A stretch of DNA of 248,000 nucleotides from Hyalangium minutum (GCF_000737315.1 NZ_JMCB01000006.1:764001-1012000); one strand, 5' to 3'. Numbered from the stretch's first letter, positions 124,174 through 135,394 are shown. The notes: generated from the sequence alone by a model not told the origin. Made by a program: numbers and translations.

Positions 124174-124925
124174 TGGACGCCTCGCTGCTGGCGCCTCCGG
124201 AGAACGTGAGCGCGCACAGCCATCCCATCGATGCGTTGCTGGCGCTGAGCCACCGCTTCGATCTGATCCTGTCGGTGTTGATGCTGGGCGTGCTGGTGGG
124301 GTTCCTGTGGCACTTCCGAGGGGCTCGGAAGGTGGCGCCGGATGCGGGGACGATGCGGAGCCGGGCCTTCGTGATGGTGGCGGCGCTGACCATCTTCGGG
124401 GTGGTGGACGGGACGCTGTTCGCGCGCTCGCTGGGGTACCTGAACGACGTGCTGTGGAACTTCGAGGTGCCGGAGAAGAGCCCGGACACGGTGCGCGTGG
124501 AGGTGAACGCGCGGCAGTGGGCCTGGGAGGTGCGGTACGCGGGCGAGGATGGGCGCTTCAACACGGCGGATGACGTGCTGACGTGGAGCGAGCTGCGGGT
124601 GCCGGTGGGCGCGCCGGTGTGGGTGCAGCTGGCGTCCTCGGACGTGGTGCATGGGTTCTCGCTGCCGAACCTGCGGGTGAAGCTGGATGCGATCCCGGGC
124701 CGGGTGAACCAGACGTGGTTCCAGACGGCGCGCGAGGGCACGTGGGAAGTGGCCTGCTACCAGCACTGCGGCACGAGCCACTACAAGATGCGGGGCACGC
124801 TCACGGTCATGTCCCCGGAGGCGTACGCCACGTGGCTGCGCGAGGCGGGGAAGCAGGCGGGGCAGGCGTATGACGCGCAGGACACGGCCGCGCACTGGGG
124901 CTGGGAGTGGAGGCCCGCGCCATGA
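124170..124925 (+). CDS. coxB: Cytochrome c oxidase subunit II
   Basis: SDVVHGF, ACYQHCGTSHYKM CuA site. Confidence 0.92.
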   Translation: MMDASLLAPPENVSAHSHPIDALLALSHRFDLILSVLMLGVLVGFLWHFRGARKVAPDAGTMRSRAFVMVAALTIFGVVDGTLFARSLGYLNDVLWNFEVPEKSPDTVRVEVNARQWAWEVRYAGEDGRFNTADDVLTWSELRVPVGAPVWVQLASSDVVHGFSLPNLRVKLDAIPGRVNQTWFQTAREGTWEVACYQHCGTSHYKMRGTLTVMSPEAYATWLREAGKQAGQAYDAQDTAAHWGWEWRPAP

Positions 124926-126676
124926 AGCTCTTCTCCACGGATCATAAGGTGGTGGCGCGGCAGTTCCTCTGGGCGGGGTTCGGGTTCCTGCTGGTGGGCG
125001 GGCTGCTGGCGATGCTCATCCGCTGGCAGTGGGCGTTCCCGGGGCGGGCGGTGCCGGGGCTCGGGTGGGCGCTGCCGAGCTCGGGCGGGGCGCTCACGCC
125101 GCCGGCGTACACGGGCGTCTTCACCATGCACGGGCTGCTGATGGTGTTCTTCGCCATCGCGCCGCTGTTGATTGGAGCGCTGGGTAACTTCGTCATTCCG
125201 CTGGCGGTGGGCGCTCGGGGCATGGCGTTCCCGCGGGTGTCGGCACTGAGCTTCTGGGTGTTCGCGGTGGGCGGGGTGCTGGTGCTGGCCTCGTTCGGGG
125301 TGCGGCTGGGGACGGCGAGCGCGGCGTGGACGAGCTACCCGCCGCTGTCCACGCACGTGTTCACGCCGGGCGTGGGGCAGACGCTGGTGATGGCGGGGGT
125401 GGTGTGCGCGGCGCTCTCGTCGTTTCTGGGCGCGGTGAACTACGTGGTGACGGTGGTGCGGTGCCGGGCGCCAGGGATGGAGTGGAAGCGGCTGCCGCTG
125501 ACGGTGTGGGGGCTGTTCTTCACGTCGGTGCTGAACCTGCTGTTCATCCCGGTGGTGGCGGCGGCCACGGGGATGCTGTTGATGGACCGGCTGGCGGGCA
125601 CGCGGTTCTTCCTCGAGGGCGCGGCGCTGACGCCGGGCACCGGGGGTGACCCGATGCTCTACCAGCACCTGTTCTGGCTGTTCGGGCACCCCGAGGTCTA
125701 CATCCTCATCCTGCCGGGCTGGGGGATGATCGGAGACATGGTGGCCTTCTTCAGCCGGAGGCCGGCGCACGGGTACCGGGGTACGGTGCTGGCGATGGGC
125801 GTCATCTCCTCGCTGTCCGGGCTGGTGTACGCGCACCACCTCTTCACGAGCGGGCTGTCGCCGATGCTGGGGCGGGCGTTCAGCACGCTGACGATGATCA
125901 TCTCGCTGCCGTCCACGGTGCTGTTCCTGAACTGGCTGGCGACGCTGTTCCGCGGGAGCGTGCGGCTGACGGCGCCGCTGCTGGCAGCGGTGAGCGCCAT
126001 GGTGGTGTTCGGGCTGGGAGGGATTACGGGGCTGGCGCTGGGGACGGTGGCCACGGACATTCCGCTGCACGGGACGATGTGGGTGGTGGGGCACTTCCAC
126101 CTGACGATGGGGGCGGCGAGCTTCCTGGCGGTGTTCGCGGGGCTGTACTTCTGGTTCCCGAAGATGTTCGGGCGGACGCTGCACGCGGGGCTGTCGAGGG
126201 CGCACGTGCTGCTGAGCGCGGTGCTGTTCCTGGCGGTGTTCGGCGGGCAGCTGATGACGGGGTACGCGGGGCAGCTGCGGCGGTTGTATGACCCGTACCA
126301 GTACACGTTCCTGAAGCACCTGCTGGAGCTGAACCAGTGGACGAGCTTCGCGGCGTTCGCGCTGGGGCTGACGCAGCTGCTGTTCGTGGTGAACCTGGTG
126401 TGGACGCTGCGCAAGGGGCCGGCGGCGGATGCGAACCCGTGGCAGGTGGGGACGCTCGAGTGGACGTGCGCGCCGAGCCCGCCGCCGGTGGACAACTACC
126501 CGCAGGTGCCGGTGGTGGTGCGCGGGCCGTATGCGCTCTCGCAGCCGGAGGTGATGGATCGGCTGGGGCGCGATTGGATTGGCCAGGCGGAGGTGCTGCC
126601 GGGAGAGGCGGCGCCCGCGGCGGAGGGTGAAGCCGCGCAGCCGGGACCGGTGCAGAGCGTGGGAGGGACGGCATGA
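124922..126676 (+). CDS. coxA: Cytochrome c oxidase subunit I
   Basis: FTMHG, WLFGHPEVY, YAHHLF, GHFH. Confidence 0.95.
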   Translation: MKLFSTDHKVVARQFLWAGFGFLLVGGLLAMLIRWQWAFPGRAVPGLGWALPSSGGALTPPAYTGVFTMHGLLMVFFAIAPLLIGALGNFVIPLAVGARGMAFPRVSALSFWVFAVGGVLVLASFGVRLGTASAAWTSYPPLSTHVFTPGVGQTLVMAGVVCAALSSFLGAVNYVVTVVRCRAPGMEWKRLPLTVWGLFFTSVLNLLFIPVVAAATGMLLMDRLAGTRFFLEGAALTPGTGGDPMLYQHLFWLFGHPEVYILILPGWGMIGDMVAFFSRRPAHGYRGTVLAMGVISSLSGLVYAHHLFTSGLSPMLGRAFSTLTMIISLPSTVLFLNWLATLFRGSVRLTAPLLAAVSAMVVFGLGGITGLALGTVATDIPLHGTMWVVGHFHLTMGAASFLAVFAGLYFWFPKMFGRTLHAGLSRAHVLLSAVLFLAVFGGQLMTGYAGQLRRLYDPYQYTFLKHLLELNQWTSFAAFALGLTQLLFVVNLVWTLRKGPAADANPWQVGTLEWTCAPSPPPVDNYPQVPVVVRGPYALSQPEVMDRLGRDWIGQAEVLPGEAAPAAEGEAAQPGPVQSVGGTA

Positions 126677-127233
126677 CGCCCGTGGAGACGCCTGCTCCCG
126701 CGGGGCGAACAGACGCGGGGACGGACTGGTTCGGAGCCGTGGTGGCGCTGAGCGCGTGGGGGATGCTCTTCGCGGCGCTGGCGTTCTCGGTGGGCTACCT
126801 GCGGATGCGGGACCCGTGGCCGCTGGCGGGGATGCCGCCGCTGCCGAGGATTCTCCCGGCAGTGTCGGTGGGGCTGCTCGGGGTGGCGGCAGCGCTGCTG
126901 CACCTGAGCGGGCGCGGGGCGAAGGCGCTGCCGTGGGCCGGGGGTGCGCTGGGAGCCTTGGTGGCCTCGCTTGCGGTGCAGGGGCTCGTGATGAGCACGC
127001 TGTGGAGTGCGGGGCTGAAGCTGCCGCAGGGTGGGGCGTACGCGTCCGTGGTGTACGGACTGGGCGCGGTGCACGGTGCGCACGTGGTGGCGGGAGGGGT
127101 GGGCCTGGTGCGCGAGCTGGTGCGAGGGCTGCGAGGCGTGGAGGTGCGCGGAGCGCTGCGGCTCTGGGCGCTCTATGGAGCTTTCCTGACGGTGACGGGG
127201 CTGATCCTCTTCGCGGCGGTGTACCTGCCATGA
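126673..127233 (+). CDS. Cytochrome c oxidase subunit III-like protein
   Basis: HGAHV, five TM helices. Confidence 0.8.
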   Translation: MTPVETPAPAGRTDAGTDWFGAVVALSAWGMLFAALAFSVGYLRMRDPWPLAGMPPLPRILPAVSVGLLGVAAALLHLSGRGAKALPWAGGALGALVASLAVQGLVMSTLWSAGLKLPQGGAYASVVYGLGAVHGAHVVAGGVGLVRELVRGLRGVEVRGALRLWALYGAFLTVTGLILFAAVYLP

Positions 127234-128219
127234 GCGCGAGACGCACGGGGCTGGGGTGGTTGCCGGTGCTGGTGGCGCTCGGGGTGGGGTGCAGCGCGGG
127301 GGCACCGGCGCCGAAGCTCGAGCCGCTGAAGCTGGGCGACGGGCGCACGGTGGCGGCGGAGACGCTGGAGCGCGGGCGGGACGTGTACGCGTACTACTGC
127401 CTGTCCTGCCACGGCTCGGGAGGGGATGGGCAGGGGCCGGCGGCGGTGGGGATGCGTCCACCGCCTCGGAACTTCAAGCAGGGGCTGTTCAAGTTTGGCG
127501 GAGTGGCGGCGGGTGAGCTGCCCACGGACGAGGCGCTGAAGCGCACGGTGCGGCGAGGGCTGCACGGCACGCCGATGCTGCCGTGGGGTGTGCCGGAGGC
127601 GGACGTGGAGGCGGTGGTGCAGTACGTGAAGACGTTCAGCCCGCGCTGGCAGCAGGAGGCGCCGGGGCAGCCGCTGGAGGCGTCGGCGGATCCGTGGAAG
127701 GGGCGCGAGGCGGAGGCGGTGGAGCGGGGCAAGCGGGCCTACCACGTGGCGGGGAAGGGGAACGCGGGGTGCTCGGGGTGCCACATCTCGTACTTGCCGA
127801 AGCCGGAGCTGGAGGTGCTGGTGGAGCAGGTGACGGGGCGCAAGGTGGACCTGAGCAAGGTGGATCCGTACACGCAGCAGGCGCGGGACTCGGACTACAC
127901 GGTGGCGGTGGACGACAAGGGCGAGCCCGCGCAGATGGCGAGGGTGTTGCCGCCAGACTTCCTGATGCACCGGCTGCGGACGGTGTGGCCGCTGGGGACG
128001 GAGGTGGAGGGAGCGGAGTACACGCCGGAGCGGCAGCGCGAGGACCTGTACCGGGTGATTGCGGCGGGCGTGGGCGGGGCGGCGATGCCGACGTGGAAGG
128101 GCGCCATTCCCGAGGAGAACCTGTGGGCGCTCGCGTACTACGTGCAGACGCTGGTGAACCAGCGAGACACGGCCGAGGGCCGCGCGTTCAAAGCGCGCCT
128201 GCGCAACCCGGCGAAGTGA
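127230..128219 (+). CDS. Diheme c-type cytochrome lipoprotein
   Basis: Lipobox GVGC, CLSCH, CSGCH. Confidence 0.88.
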   Translation: MSARRTGLGWLPVLVALGVGCSAGAPAPKLEPLKLGDGRTVAAETLERGRDVYAYYCLSCHGSGGDGQGPAAVGMRPPPRNFKQGLFKFGGVAAGELPTDEALKRTVRRGLHGTPMLPWGVPEADVEAVVQYVKTFSPRWQQEAPGQPLEASADPWKGREAEAVERGKRAYHVAGKGNAGCSGCHISYLPKPELEVLVEQVTGRKVDLSKVDPYTQQARDSDYTVAVDDKGEPAQMARVLPPDFLMHRLRTVWPLGTEVEGAEYTPERQREDLYRVIAAGVGGAAMPTWKGAIPEENLWALAYYVQTLVNQRDTAEGRAFKARLRNPAK

Positions 128220-128324
128220 CGCTTTCCATATTGAGCGAGCGTGACCAGCCTACCTGATAGGTTGGTTCCTCGTCTAGAGTCCGAGGCCATGACGTGTCAG
128301 ACCCCTCAGGTAGGGTGCTGGTCC

Positions 128325-129215
128325 ATGGCTTCCATGCAGCACGAAGGACTCCTGCTCTTGTTCCGCAACCGGCCCACGTTGGCGCCGGAGCTGTTGCGTG
128401 ATGCGCTCGGTCTGAAGTTGCCGGCCTGGACGGAGGCGCGGGTGGAGTCCGCGGAGCTCACCGAGGTGGTCCCCACCGAGTACCGAGCAGACCTCGTGGT
128501 GCTTCTGCTGGAGGGCAAGCCCATCTTCGCCATTGTGGTGGAGGTGCAGCTGTCGCGGGACGAGGACAAGCGGAAGACGTGGCCGCTGTACCTGACGAGC
128601 CTGCGCTCACGAGTGGGCTGTCCCACCGCATTGCTGGTGGTCGCTCCGGATGCCTCGGTGGCGCGATGGTGCGCACAGCCCATCGAGCTGGGGCACCCAG
128701 GCTTCACACTGCATCCGCTGGTGGCAGGGCCAGGCGCCATCCCTGTCGTTACCAACGAGCAGGAGGCCTGTCAGGACCCAGAGTTGGCGGTGCTGTCGGC
128801 AATGGCCCATGGGCGTGAAGAGGTGGGCATGGCCGTCGCCCAGACGGTTATGAACGCCTTGGGGGACCTTGATACGGAACGTGTCCGCCTTTACGTTGAC
128901 CTGGCCATGTCCTCGCTGAGCGAGGCGGCCCGTGGTGCCTTGGAGGCTCTGATGCAGAGTGGCAAGTACGAGTACCAGAGCGAGTTCGCGCGAAAGTACG
129001 TGGCACAGGGGCGTGAAGAGGGGCTCCGGGAGGGGCTTCAGCAGGGCCGGTATGAGGGCGAGCGGGCAGCACTGCTCGAAGTGCTCAATGCCCGGGGCCT
129101 CCAGGTGGATGAGACCACTCTTCATCGAATCATGGGCTGCTCAGACCTCGCGCAGCTCAAGAGCTGGCTGCGCAAGGCTGCGACGGCACAATCCACCCAA
129201 GAGCTCTTCGCGTGA
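128325..129215 (+). CDS. Rpn/PD-(D/E)XK-like putative nuclease
   Basis: YRADLVV..VEVQL, EGLREGL tail. Confidence 0.7.
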   Translation: MASMQHEGLLLLFRNRPTLAPELLRDALGLKLPAWTEARVESAELTEVVPTEYRADLVVLLLEGKPIFAIVVEVQLSRDEDKRKTWPLYLTSLRSRVGCPTALLVVAPDASVARWCAQPIELGHPGFTLHPLVAGPGAIPVVTNEQEACQDPELAVLSAMAHGREEVGMAVAQTVMNALGDLDTERVRLYVDLAMSSLSEAARGALEALMQSGKYEYQSEFARKYVAQGREEGLREGLQQGRYEGERAALLEVLNARGLQVDETTLHRIMGCSDLAQLKSWLRKAATAQSTQELFA

Positions 129216-129450
129216 GCTGCGTTCCTCACGGAGCTTGAGCGGGACAGAGGGCACTCCACTGAGGGTTTTCCTTTAGAACGGTAGCTCCTTCGCGAGGGCC
129301 TGTGCTTCGGTGCGCCTGTACGCTAGGACGGCCCACATCGGAGCAGCCATGAGCCCACTCGCCGACGGATGACCTACTCCTCTTCAACGGTTCGAACGCG
129401 GCAGCAGCGAACCCATTCCCGGCTTCTGCTAAGCCTGGGAGCCGTCCTCT

Positions 129451-132400
129451 ATGGTCCTCCCGCTCCACACCCCAGCATTCCAGCAGGCAGGCTCTGGGAC
129501 ACCCGTGGGCGGCGACCCGAAGTTCGATCCCCTCCTGGACAGCATCACCGATGGCATCGTCTCGGTGGACCGGGAGTGGCGCGTCACCTACCTCAATGCC
129601 GTGACCGAGCGGCTCGCAGGCCGCTCGCGTGAGTCCCTGCTGGGCAAGGTGCTCTGGGCCGAGCTCCCCGACCTGACCCAGACGCCCTTCGCCGCGGCCA
129701 TCCGCCAGTCCATGGAGACCGGCAGCCAGGCCACCCTCACGGACTATTTCCCACCCACGGACTCGTGGTTCGAGATCCGCGTCTTCCCCTCAGCCGCGGG
129801 ACTTGTGCTCATCCTCCGCGACATCACCGAGATGCGTCAGGCCGAGGTGGAACGCCTCCGGCTGCTGGCCGCCGAGCGCTCCGCCCGCGAGCAGGCCGAG
129901 CGCACCGCTGACCGGATCACGCGCCTCCAGGAGCTCACCGCCCACCTCTCCGCGGCCCGCTCCCCCGAAGAGGTGATGTCCGTGGCCGTGGATCGCATCA
130001 TGGCCTCGGTGGGCGCCAACCTGGCCATGGTGGCCCTGCCCGTCGAGGGCCAGGATGTCCTTCGAACGGTGGCCTACAACGGCCACTCACGCCAGGTGTC
130101 CCACGACTTCCAGCTCATGCCGCTGGATGCGCCCCTGCCCGTCTCCGCCACCTACCGCTCCGGCCAGCCCGAGTGGCTCGAGTCTTCCGAAGCCCTGGTG
130201 TCTCGCTACCCGAACCTCCACCCACTGCTCCGGGAGCAGTCCCTGACCCGCTCGCTGGCGAGCATGCCCATGGTGGTCGAGAGCCGGGTGGTCGGCGTGC
130301 TGGCGCTGTGCTTCCCCGAGCCGCGTGCCTTCTCGGGTGATGACCGCGAGTTCCTCCTGGTGCTGGCGCGGCACTGCGCGCTGGCCATCGAGCGCTCGCG
130401 GCTGCTGGCCGAGGTGGAGGCCCAGCGCGCCCGGCTCGAGGAACTGGTGATGCGCGCCCCCGCGGTGATGTCCGTCACCCGGGGCCCCGAGCACCGCTTC
130501 GTCCTCTGCAATCCGCGCTACCGCCACCTGCTGGGCGGACGTGACGTGACGGGGCTGACCGCGCGCCAGGCCATCCCGGGCCCCGAGGGCCAGAACGTCC
130601 TCGATATCCTGAACCGCGTCTTCGCCACCGGAGAGCCCTTCGTCGGCAAGGAGCTCCCCGGGCGCCTCGGAGCGTCCACCGCGGATGTGACGATGTCCGA
130701 GAGCTACTTCGACTTCGTCTACCAGCCGCTGCGCGACGCCGAGGGGCGCGTGGAGGGCATTGCCTCGTTCGCCTTCGAGGTGACGGATCAGGTGCTCGCG
130801 CGGCAGACCGTGGAGGAGCTGCTGCGGGACATGGCGCGCAGCGAGGAGCGCTTCCGCGCCTTCCTCACCGCCACCTCGGAGATCATCTGGGACATGCCGC
130901 CCCAGGGCGAGTTCGATGCGGATCAGCCGGGCTGGCGCACGTTCACCGGCCAGACGCGGGCACAGTTGCTGGGCTGGGGCTGGCTGGACGCAGTGCACCC
131001 GGAGGACCGCGAGTACGCGGCGCGAGAGTGGCGCCGGGCGGTGGCCGCGAGCACGCCCTACCAGGGCGAAGTGCGGCTGCGGCGCCATGACGGGGTGTAC
131101 CGGTACATGCAGGTGCGCGCGGTGCCGGTGCTGGAGCTGAACGGAGCGGTGCGCGAGTGGGTGGGCATCCACCGCGACATCACCCGCCAGCGCGAGGACG
131201 AGGCCGAGCGCGCGCGGCTCCTCATGCGCGAGCAGTACCACCGGGCGCAGCTCCAGGGGCTGGCGCAGGCCTCGCTGGCCATTGGGCGGGCGCCCTCGCT
131301 GGATCAGGCGCTGCGCGTCATCACCGAGCAGGCGCGGGAGCTCATCGGCGCGCACCAGGCCGTGACGAGCCTCTCCACGGGCGAGGACTGGGCGCAGGCC
131401 ATCCACACCGTCTCGCTGTCGGCCAAGTACGCCGCGTGGCGTGACTACGCGGCGCCGGTGGACGGCTCGGGCATCTACGCGAAGGTGTGCGAGAGCAACC
131501 AGCCGGCGCGGATGACGCAGGCGGAGCTGGAGGCTCACCCGAGGTGGCACGGCTTCGGGGCGCACAAGGGCAAGCACCCGCCCATGCGGGGCTGGCTCGC
131601 GGTGCCGATGGTGGACCGCAATGGGCGCAACCTCGGGTTGATCCAGCTGTCGGACCGGTACGAGGGCGACTTCACCGCCGAGGACGAGGCCATCCTGGTG
131701 CAGCTGGCCCGGCTGGCGGCGGTGGCCATCGAGAACGCGCGGCTCATGGCGGAGTCCCAGGCGGCCAACCGCGCCAAGGACGAGTTCCTCGCGGTCATGA
131801 GCCACGAGCTGCGCACGCCCCTCACGGCGGTGCTGGGCTGGACGCAGATGCTGCGCAACCAGAAGGACAACGCCGTCATCCGCGAGAAGGGCCTGGAAGT
131901 CATCGAGCGCAACGCGCGCTCGCTGGCGCAGCTCATCGAGGACGTGCTGGACGTGTCGCGCATCCTCACGGGGAAGCTGGCGCTGCACCGCAAGGCGGTG
132001 GACCTGGCCACAGTGGTGCAGGCCGCGGTGGAGGTGGTGCGGCCTCGCGCCGAGCAGAAGAGCGTGTCGCTGGCGGTGTCCGTGGGCCCAGGGACGGGGC
132101 ACGTGACGGGGGACCCGGGACGGCTGCAGCAGGTGTTCTGGAACCTGCTGGCCAACGCGGTGAAGTTCACGCAAGAGGGCGGCACGGTGGAGGTGCAGCT
132201 GGAGCGGGCCGAGGCGGAGTGGCGGGTGCGGGTGAAGGACACGGGCCAGGGCATCCACGCGGACGCGCTGCCGCACCTGTTCGAGCGCTTCTGGCAGGCG
132301 GACGGCAGCAGCACGCGCGAGCACGGCGGGCTGGGGCTGGGGCTCGCCATCGTCCGGCACCTGGTGGAGCTGCACGGCGGAACGGTGGAGGCGGAGAGCG

Positions 132401-132891
132401 CGGGGCTGGGGCTGGGCGCCACCTTCACGGTCCGGCTGCCGCTGCCCGTGGTGCTGCCGGAGGCCGAGCGCTCGGCCTCGGGCGAGGGCGCCGCGAAGAG
132501 CCCTGCGCGGCTGGACGGCGTCCGGGTGCTGCTGGTGGAGGACGCGGAGGACGCGCGCGAGCTCATTACCCTGCTGCTGCGCGATCGCGGCGCGGAGGTG
132601 CGCACGGCCGCCAACGGCCGCGACGCCATGGAGCGGCTCACCGAGGCGCTGCCGGACGTGCTCATCTCCGACATCGGCCTGCCCGGCGAGGACGGCCACG
132701 CGGTGCTCAAGCGCGTGCGCGACTGGGCGGACACGAAGGGCGAGTGGATCCCCGCGATTGCACTCACAGCGTACGCCGGGGCGGAGGACGCCCGCCGGGC
132801 CTACCGGGCCGGCTTCCAGGTGCACATGGCCAAGCCGCTGGAGGCCGAGGCCCTGGTCGAGGCCGTGGCGAAGCTGTCCGGTCAGGAATGA
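129451..132891 (+). CDS. PAS/GAF hybrid histidine kinase
   Basis: SHELRTPL, NAVKFT, C-terminal REC. Confidence 0.92.
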   Translation: MVLPLHTPAFQQAGSGTPVGGDPKFDPLLDSITDGIVSVDREWRVTYLNAVTERLAGRSRESLLGKVLWAELPDLTQTPFAAAIRQSMETGSQATLTDYFPPTDSWFEIRVFPSAAGLVLILRDITEMRQAEVERLRLLAAERSAREQAERTADRITRLQELTAHLSAARSPEEVMSVAVDRIMASVGANLAMVALPVEGQDVLRTVAYNGHSRQVSHDFQLMPLDAPLPVSATYRSGQPEWLESSEALVSRYPNLHPLLREQSLTRSLASMPMVVESRVVGVLALCFPEPRAFSGDDREFLLVLARHCALAIERSRLLAEVEAQRARLEELVMRAPAVMSVTRGPEHRFVLCNPRYRHLLGGRDVTGLTARQAIPGPEGQNVLDILNRVFATGEPFVGKELPGRLGASTADVTMSESYFDFVYQPLRDAEGRVEGIASFAFEVTDQVLARQTVEELLRDMARSEERFRAFLTATSEIIWDMPPQGEFDADQPGWRTFTGQTRAQLLGWGWLDAVHPEDREYAAREWRRAVAASTPYQGEVRLRRHDGVYRYMQVRAVPVLELNGAVREWVGIHRDITRQREDEAERARLLMREQYHRAQLQGLAQASLAIGRAPSLDQALRVITEQARELIGAHQAVTSLSTGEDWAQAIHTVSLSAKYAAWRDYAAPVDGSGIYAKVCESNQPARMTQAELEAHPRWHGFGAHKGKHPPMRGWLAVPMVDRNGRNLGLIQLSDRYEGDFTAEDEAILVQLARLAAVAIENARLMAESQAANRAKDEFLAVMSHELRTPLTAVLGWTQMLRNQKDNAVIREKGLEVIERNARSLAQLIEDVLDVSRILTGKLALHRKAVDLATVVQAAVEVVRPRAEQKSVSLAVSVGPGTGHVTGDPGRLQQVFWNLLANAVKFTQEGGTVEVQLERAEAEWRVRVKDTGQGIHADALPHLFERFWQADGSSTREHGGLGLGLAIVRHLVELHGGTVEAESAGLGLGATFTVRLPLPVVLPEAERSASGEGAAKSPARLDGVRVLLVEDAEDARELITLLLRDRGAEVRTAANGRDAMERLTEALPDVLISDIGLPGEDGHAVLKRVRDWADTKGEWIPAIALTAYAGAEDARRAYRAGFQVHMAKPLEAEALVEAVAKLSGQE

Positions 132892-133013
132892 CCCATTGCG
132901 TCATGTAGCGGGGAGGACCTGCCCGGCTGATCGGAGGGGGAGGCGCAACTTCTCCCAGGCTCGTGCGAGAATCAGACGAAGATTTACCCCTTTGTCTCCC
133001 GCGGAGTCCTCCC

Positions 133014-134708
133014 GTGACCGTCTATTCTGTTCGCAGCGGCGACACCCTCAACGCCCTGGCGAAGCGCTTCAACACCTCGGTGTCTGAGATCGCCAAGGCC
133101 AACAACATCACCAACCCCAACAAGATCTCCACCGGGCAGAAGCTGACCATCCCGGACGGGTTCGATCGGCCCACGACCAAGCCGACGCAGTCCGGCGGTA
133201 GCAGCAGCGGCGGCGGCTCGAGCGCCCCGGCCCAGGCCGCGGGCAACGGCGGCCCGGTGCGTGACAGCAACGGCCGTCAGTACCAGACGTCCTCGGACGG
133301 CACGCCGATGTACAAGCAGGGCGATGCGGAGTGGGGCAGCCGCGCTCTGGGCACCGGCTCCAGCATCAGCGCCGCCGGCTGCGCCATGACGGCCACCTCC
133401 ATGGCCGTGAGCAAGATCAGCGGCCAGGCCATCAACCCGGGCCAGATGGACAAGTACCTGGACTCGCACGGTGGCTACGTCGGCAACGGCCTCGTGTGGG
133501 ACAAGGCGGCTCAGGCGGCCGGTCTGCACGCCTCCAAGCAGGGCTGGAGCCTCGACACCATCAACAAGCAGGTGGACGCGGGCCGTCCCGTCGTCATCGG
133601 CGTGGACTACAAGGCCGGCAGCGGCGGCGGCGCCAACGGCACCGACCACTGGATCACCGTGACGGGCCGGGGCAAGGAGGGTGGCAAGGACGTCTACTTC
133701 GCCAACGATCCGGCCACCGGGAAGCAGATCACCCTGCGCAACGAGGGCGGCCGCCTGGTGGGTGGCCCCTCGAACTACAAGTCCACGGGCGAGCTGGTGA
133801 CGTTCTCCGGCGGCAACCCCCCGAAGCCGGGCACCACGCCGTCCACCCCGGCCACGCCGTCCACCCCGAGCACCGGCGGCACCACCGGCACGGGTGGCAC
133901 CCAGGCTCCGGCGGCGAACGCCACGAGCCTCAAGGGCGTGACGATTCCCTCGGCCAACCTGAAGCGCGGCGACACGGGCCCGCAGGTGGAGCAGCTCCAG
134001 CAGGCGCTGGTGAAGGCCGGCTACATGACGTCGGCCCAGGTGAACACGGGCCCGGGCACCTTCGGCCCGAAGACCGAGGCCGCCGTGAAGAAGTTCCAGG
134101 CGGACCACGGCGTGGAGTCCATCGGCCAGTACGGCCCGAAGACCCGCGCGGCCTTCGAGAAGCTGGGCGCCAAGGTGGGCGGCTCCACCCCGAGCACCCC
134201 TACCACTCCCACCACTCCGACGGGTCCGATTGGCGACCTGCCCAAGACGGGCAACGCCTTCATCGACCGCGTGGCGGCCGACGCCATCAAGAGCCAGCGG
134301 CAGACGGGCGTGCCCGCCTCCGTGACGCTCGCGCAGGCGATGCTGGAGAGCGGCAGCGGCAAGTCCGGCCTGGCCACCAAGGGCAACAACTTCTTCGGCA
134401 TCAAGGGTGAGGGCCCCGCCGGCCACGTCACCATGCCGACGAAGGAGTTCCTCAACGGCAAGTGGGTGACGGTGGACGCCAACTTCCGCAAGTACAACTC
134501 GCCCGCCGAGTCCTTCGCGGATCACGGCAAGTTCCTGCGTGACAACAAGCGCTACGCCAACGCGTTCAAGCACACGGACGACGCGGCCCAGTTCGCCAAG
134601 GAGATCCACAAGGCCGGCTACGCCACCGACCCGGAGTACTCCAACAAGCTCATCTCCATCATCAACAAGTACGGCCTGGAGCGCTTCGACCAGATCGGCC
134701 GTCAGTAA
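133014..134708 (+). CDS. Peptidoglycan hydrolase: LysM - C39-like - PG-binding - GH73 glucosaminidase
   Basis: YSVRSGDTL; KQGD..GCAMT..DHW; QAMLESG, NNFFGIK, GYATDP. Confidence 0.88.
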   Translation: MTVYSVRSGDTLNALAKRFNTSVSEIAKANNITNPNKISTGQKLTIPDGFDRPTTKPTQSGGSSSGGGSSAPAQAAGNGGPVRDSNGRQYQTSSDGTPMYKQGDAEWGSRALGTGSSISAAGCAMTATSMAVSKISGQAINPGQMDKYLDSHGGYVGNGLVWDKAAQAAGLHASKQGWSLDTINKQVDAGRPVVIGVDYKAGSGGGANGTDHWITVTGRGKEGGKDVYFANDPATGKQITLRNEGGRLVGGPSNYKSTGELVTFSGGNPPKPGTTPSTPATPSTPSTGGTTGTGGTQAPAANATSLKGVTIPSANLKRGDTGPQVEQLQQALVKAGYMTSAQVNTGPGTFGPKTEAAVKKFQADHGVESIGQYGPKTRAAFEKLGAKVGGSTPSTPTTPTTPTGPIGDLPKTGNAFIDRVAADAIKSQRQTGVPASVTLAQAMLESGSGKSGLATKGNNFFGIKGEGPAGHVTMPTKEFLNGKWVTVDANFRKYNSPAESFADHGKFLRDNKRYANAFKHTDDAAQFAKEIHKAGYATDPEYSNKLISIINKYGLERFDQIGRQ

Positions 134709-134967
134709 GCTCCGAGCTCGCTTGAGCGAGGCATCACCCCCGCTGGCGGAGCATCGCCGGTGGGGGTGAAGACGAGGACCGTGAGCCCTTCTGGGGCCGC
134801 GGTCCTCGTTGCGTTTGGGGGGCATGGGCGCAGGGCGTGGCGGGCTGCCAGGCAGGGGCTGGGCTCACTCCCGCCGGGAGCAAGGAGGCGAGCGCGGGCC
134901 AGGAGACAGCGGCTCACCGCATGCGCACCGTTCGAGCGACACCCCTTTCGTATCGAGCGAGGAGCGC

Positions 134968-135393
134968 ATGGCGACGGAGCGAGCGCAGCGATTCGTGGAC
135001 GCACTGGCGAAGCTGGAGGAGAGCGGGGACCTGGAGGCCATCGTCTCGCTGTTCGCCGAGGACGCGAAGGTGAGCAACGTGGCCTCGCAGCGGGAGTTCA
135101 CGGGGCGGGAGGGCGTGCGCCAGTTCTGGAGGGACTACAAGGCCATGCTGGCCAGTGTGAAGTCCACCTTCCGCAACATGATCGAGTCGAACGACCGTGT
135201 GGCGCTGGAGTGGGAGACACAAGGCACGGCGCAGAACGGAGCGGCGGTGAACTACGAGGGCGTCTCCATTCTCGAGTGGGATGGCGATCGGATCCGCCGC
135301 TTCTACGCGTACTTCGACCCGGGGCTCTTGGGACGGGAGATCGCGCACGGGACGGCGAAGCGCTCGGAGCCTCCGGCCACCACGCCGGCGTAG
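134968..135393 (+). CDS. SnoaL/NTF2-like protein
   Basis: LFAEDA, RVALEW, YFDP. Confidence 0.8.
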   Translation: MATERAQRFVDALAKLEESGDLEAIVSLFAEDAKVSNVASQREFTGREGVRQFWRDYKAMLASVKSTFRNMIESNDRVALEWETQGTAQNGAAVNYEGVSILEWDGDRIRRFYAYFDPGLLGREIAHGTAKRSEPPATTPA

Positions 135394-135394
135394 C

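Noticed and set aside
128325-129215. Rpn-like genes (also 209227-210267) as insertion sequences
   Set aside because: No terminal inverted repeats or target duplications were seen; kept as CDS only.
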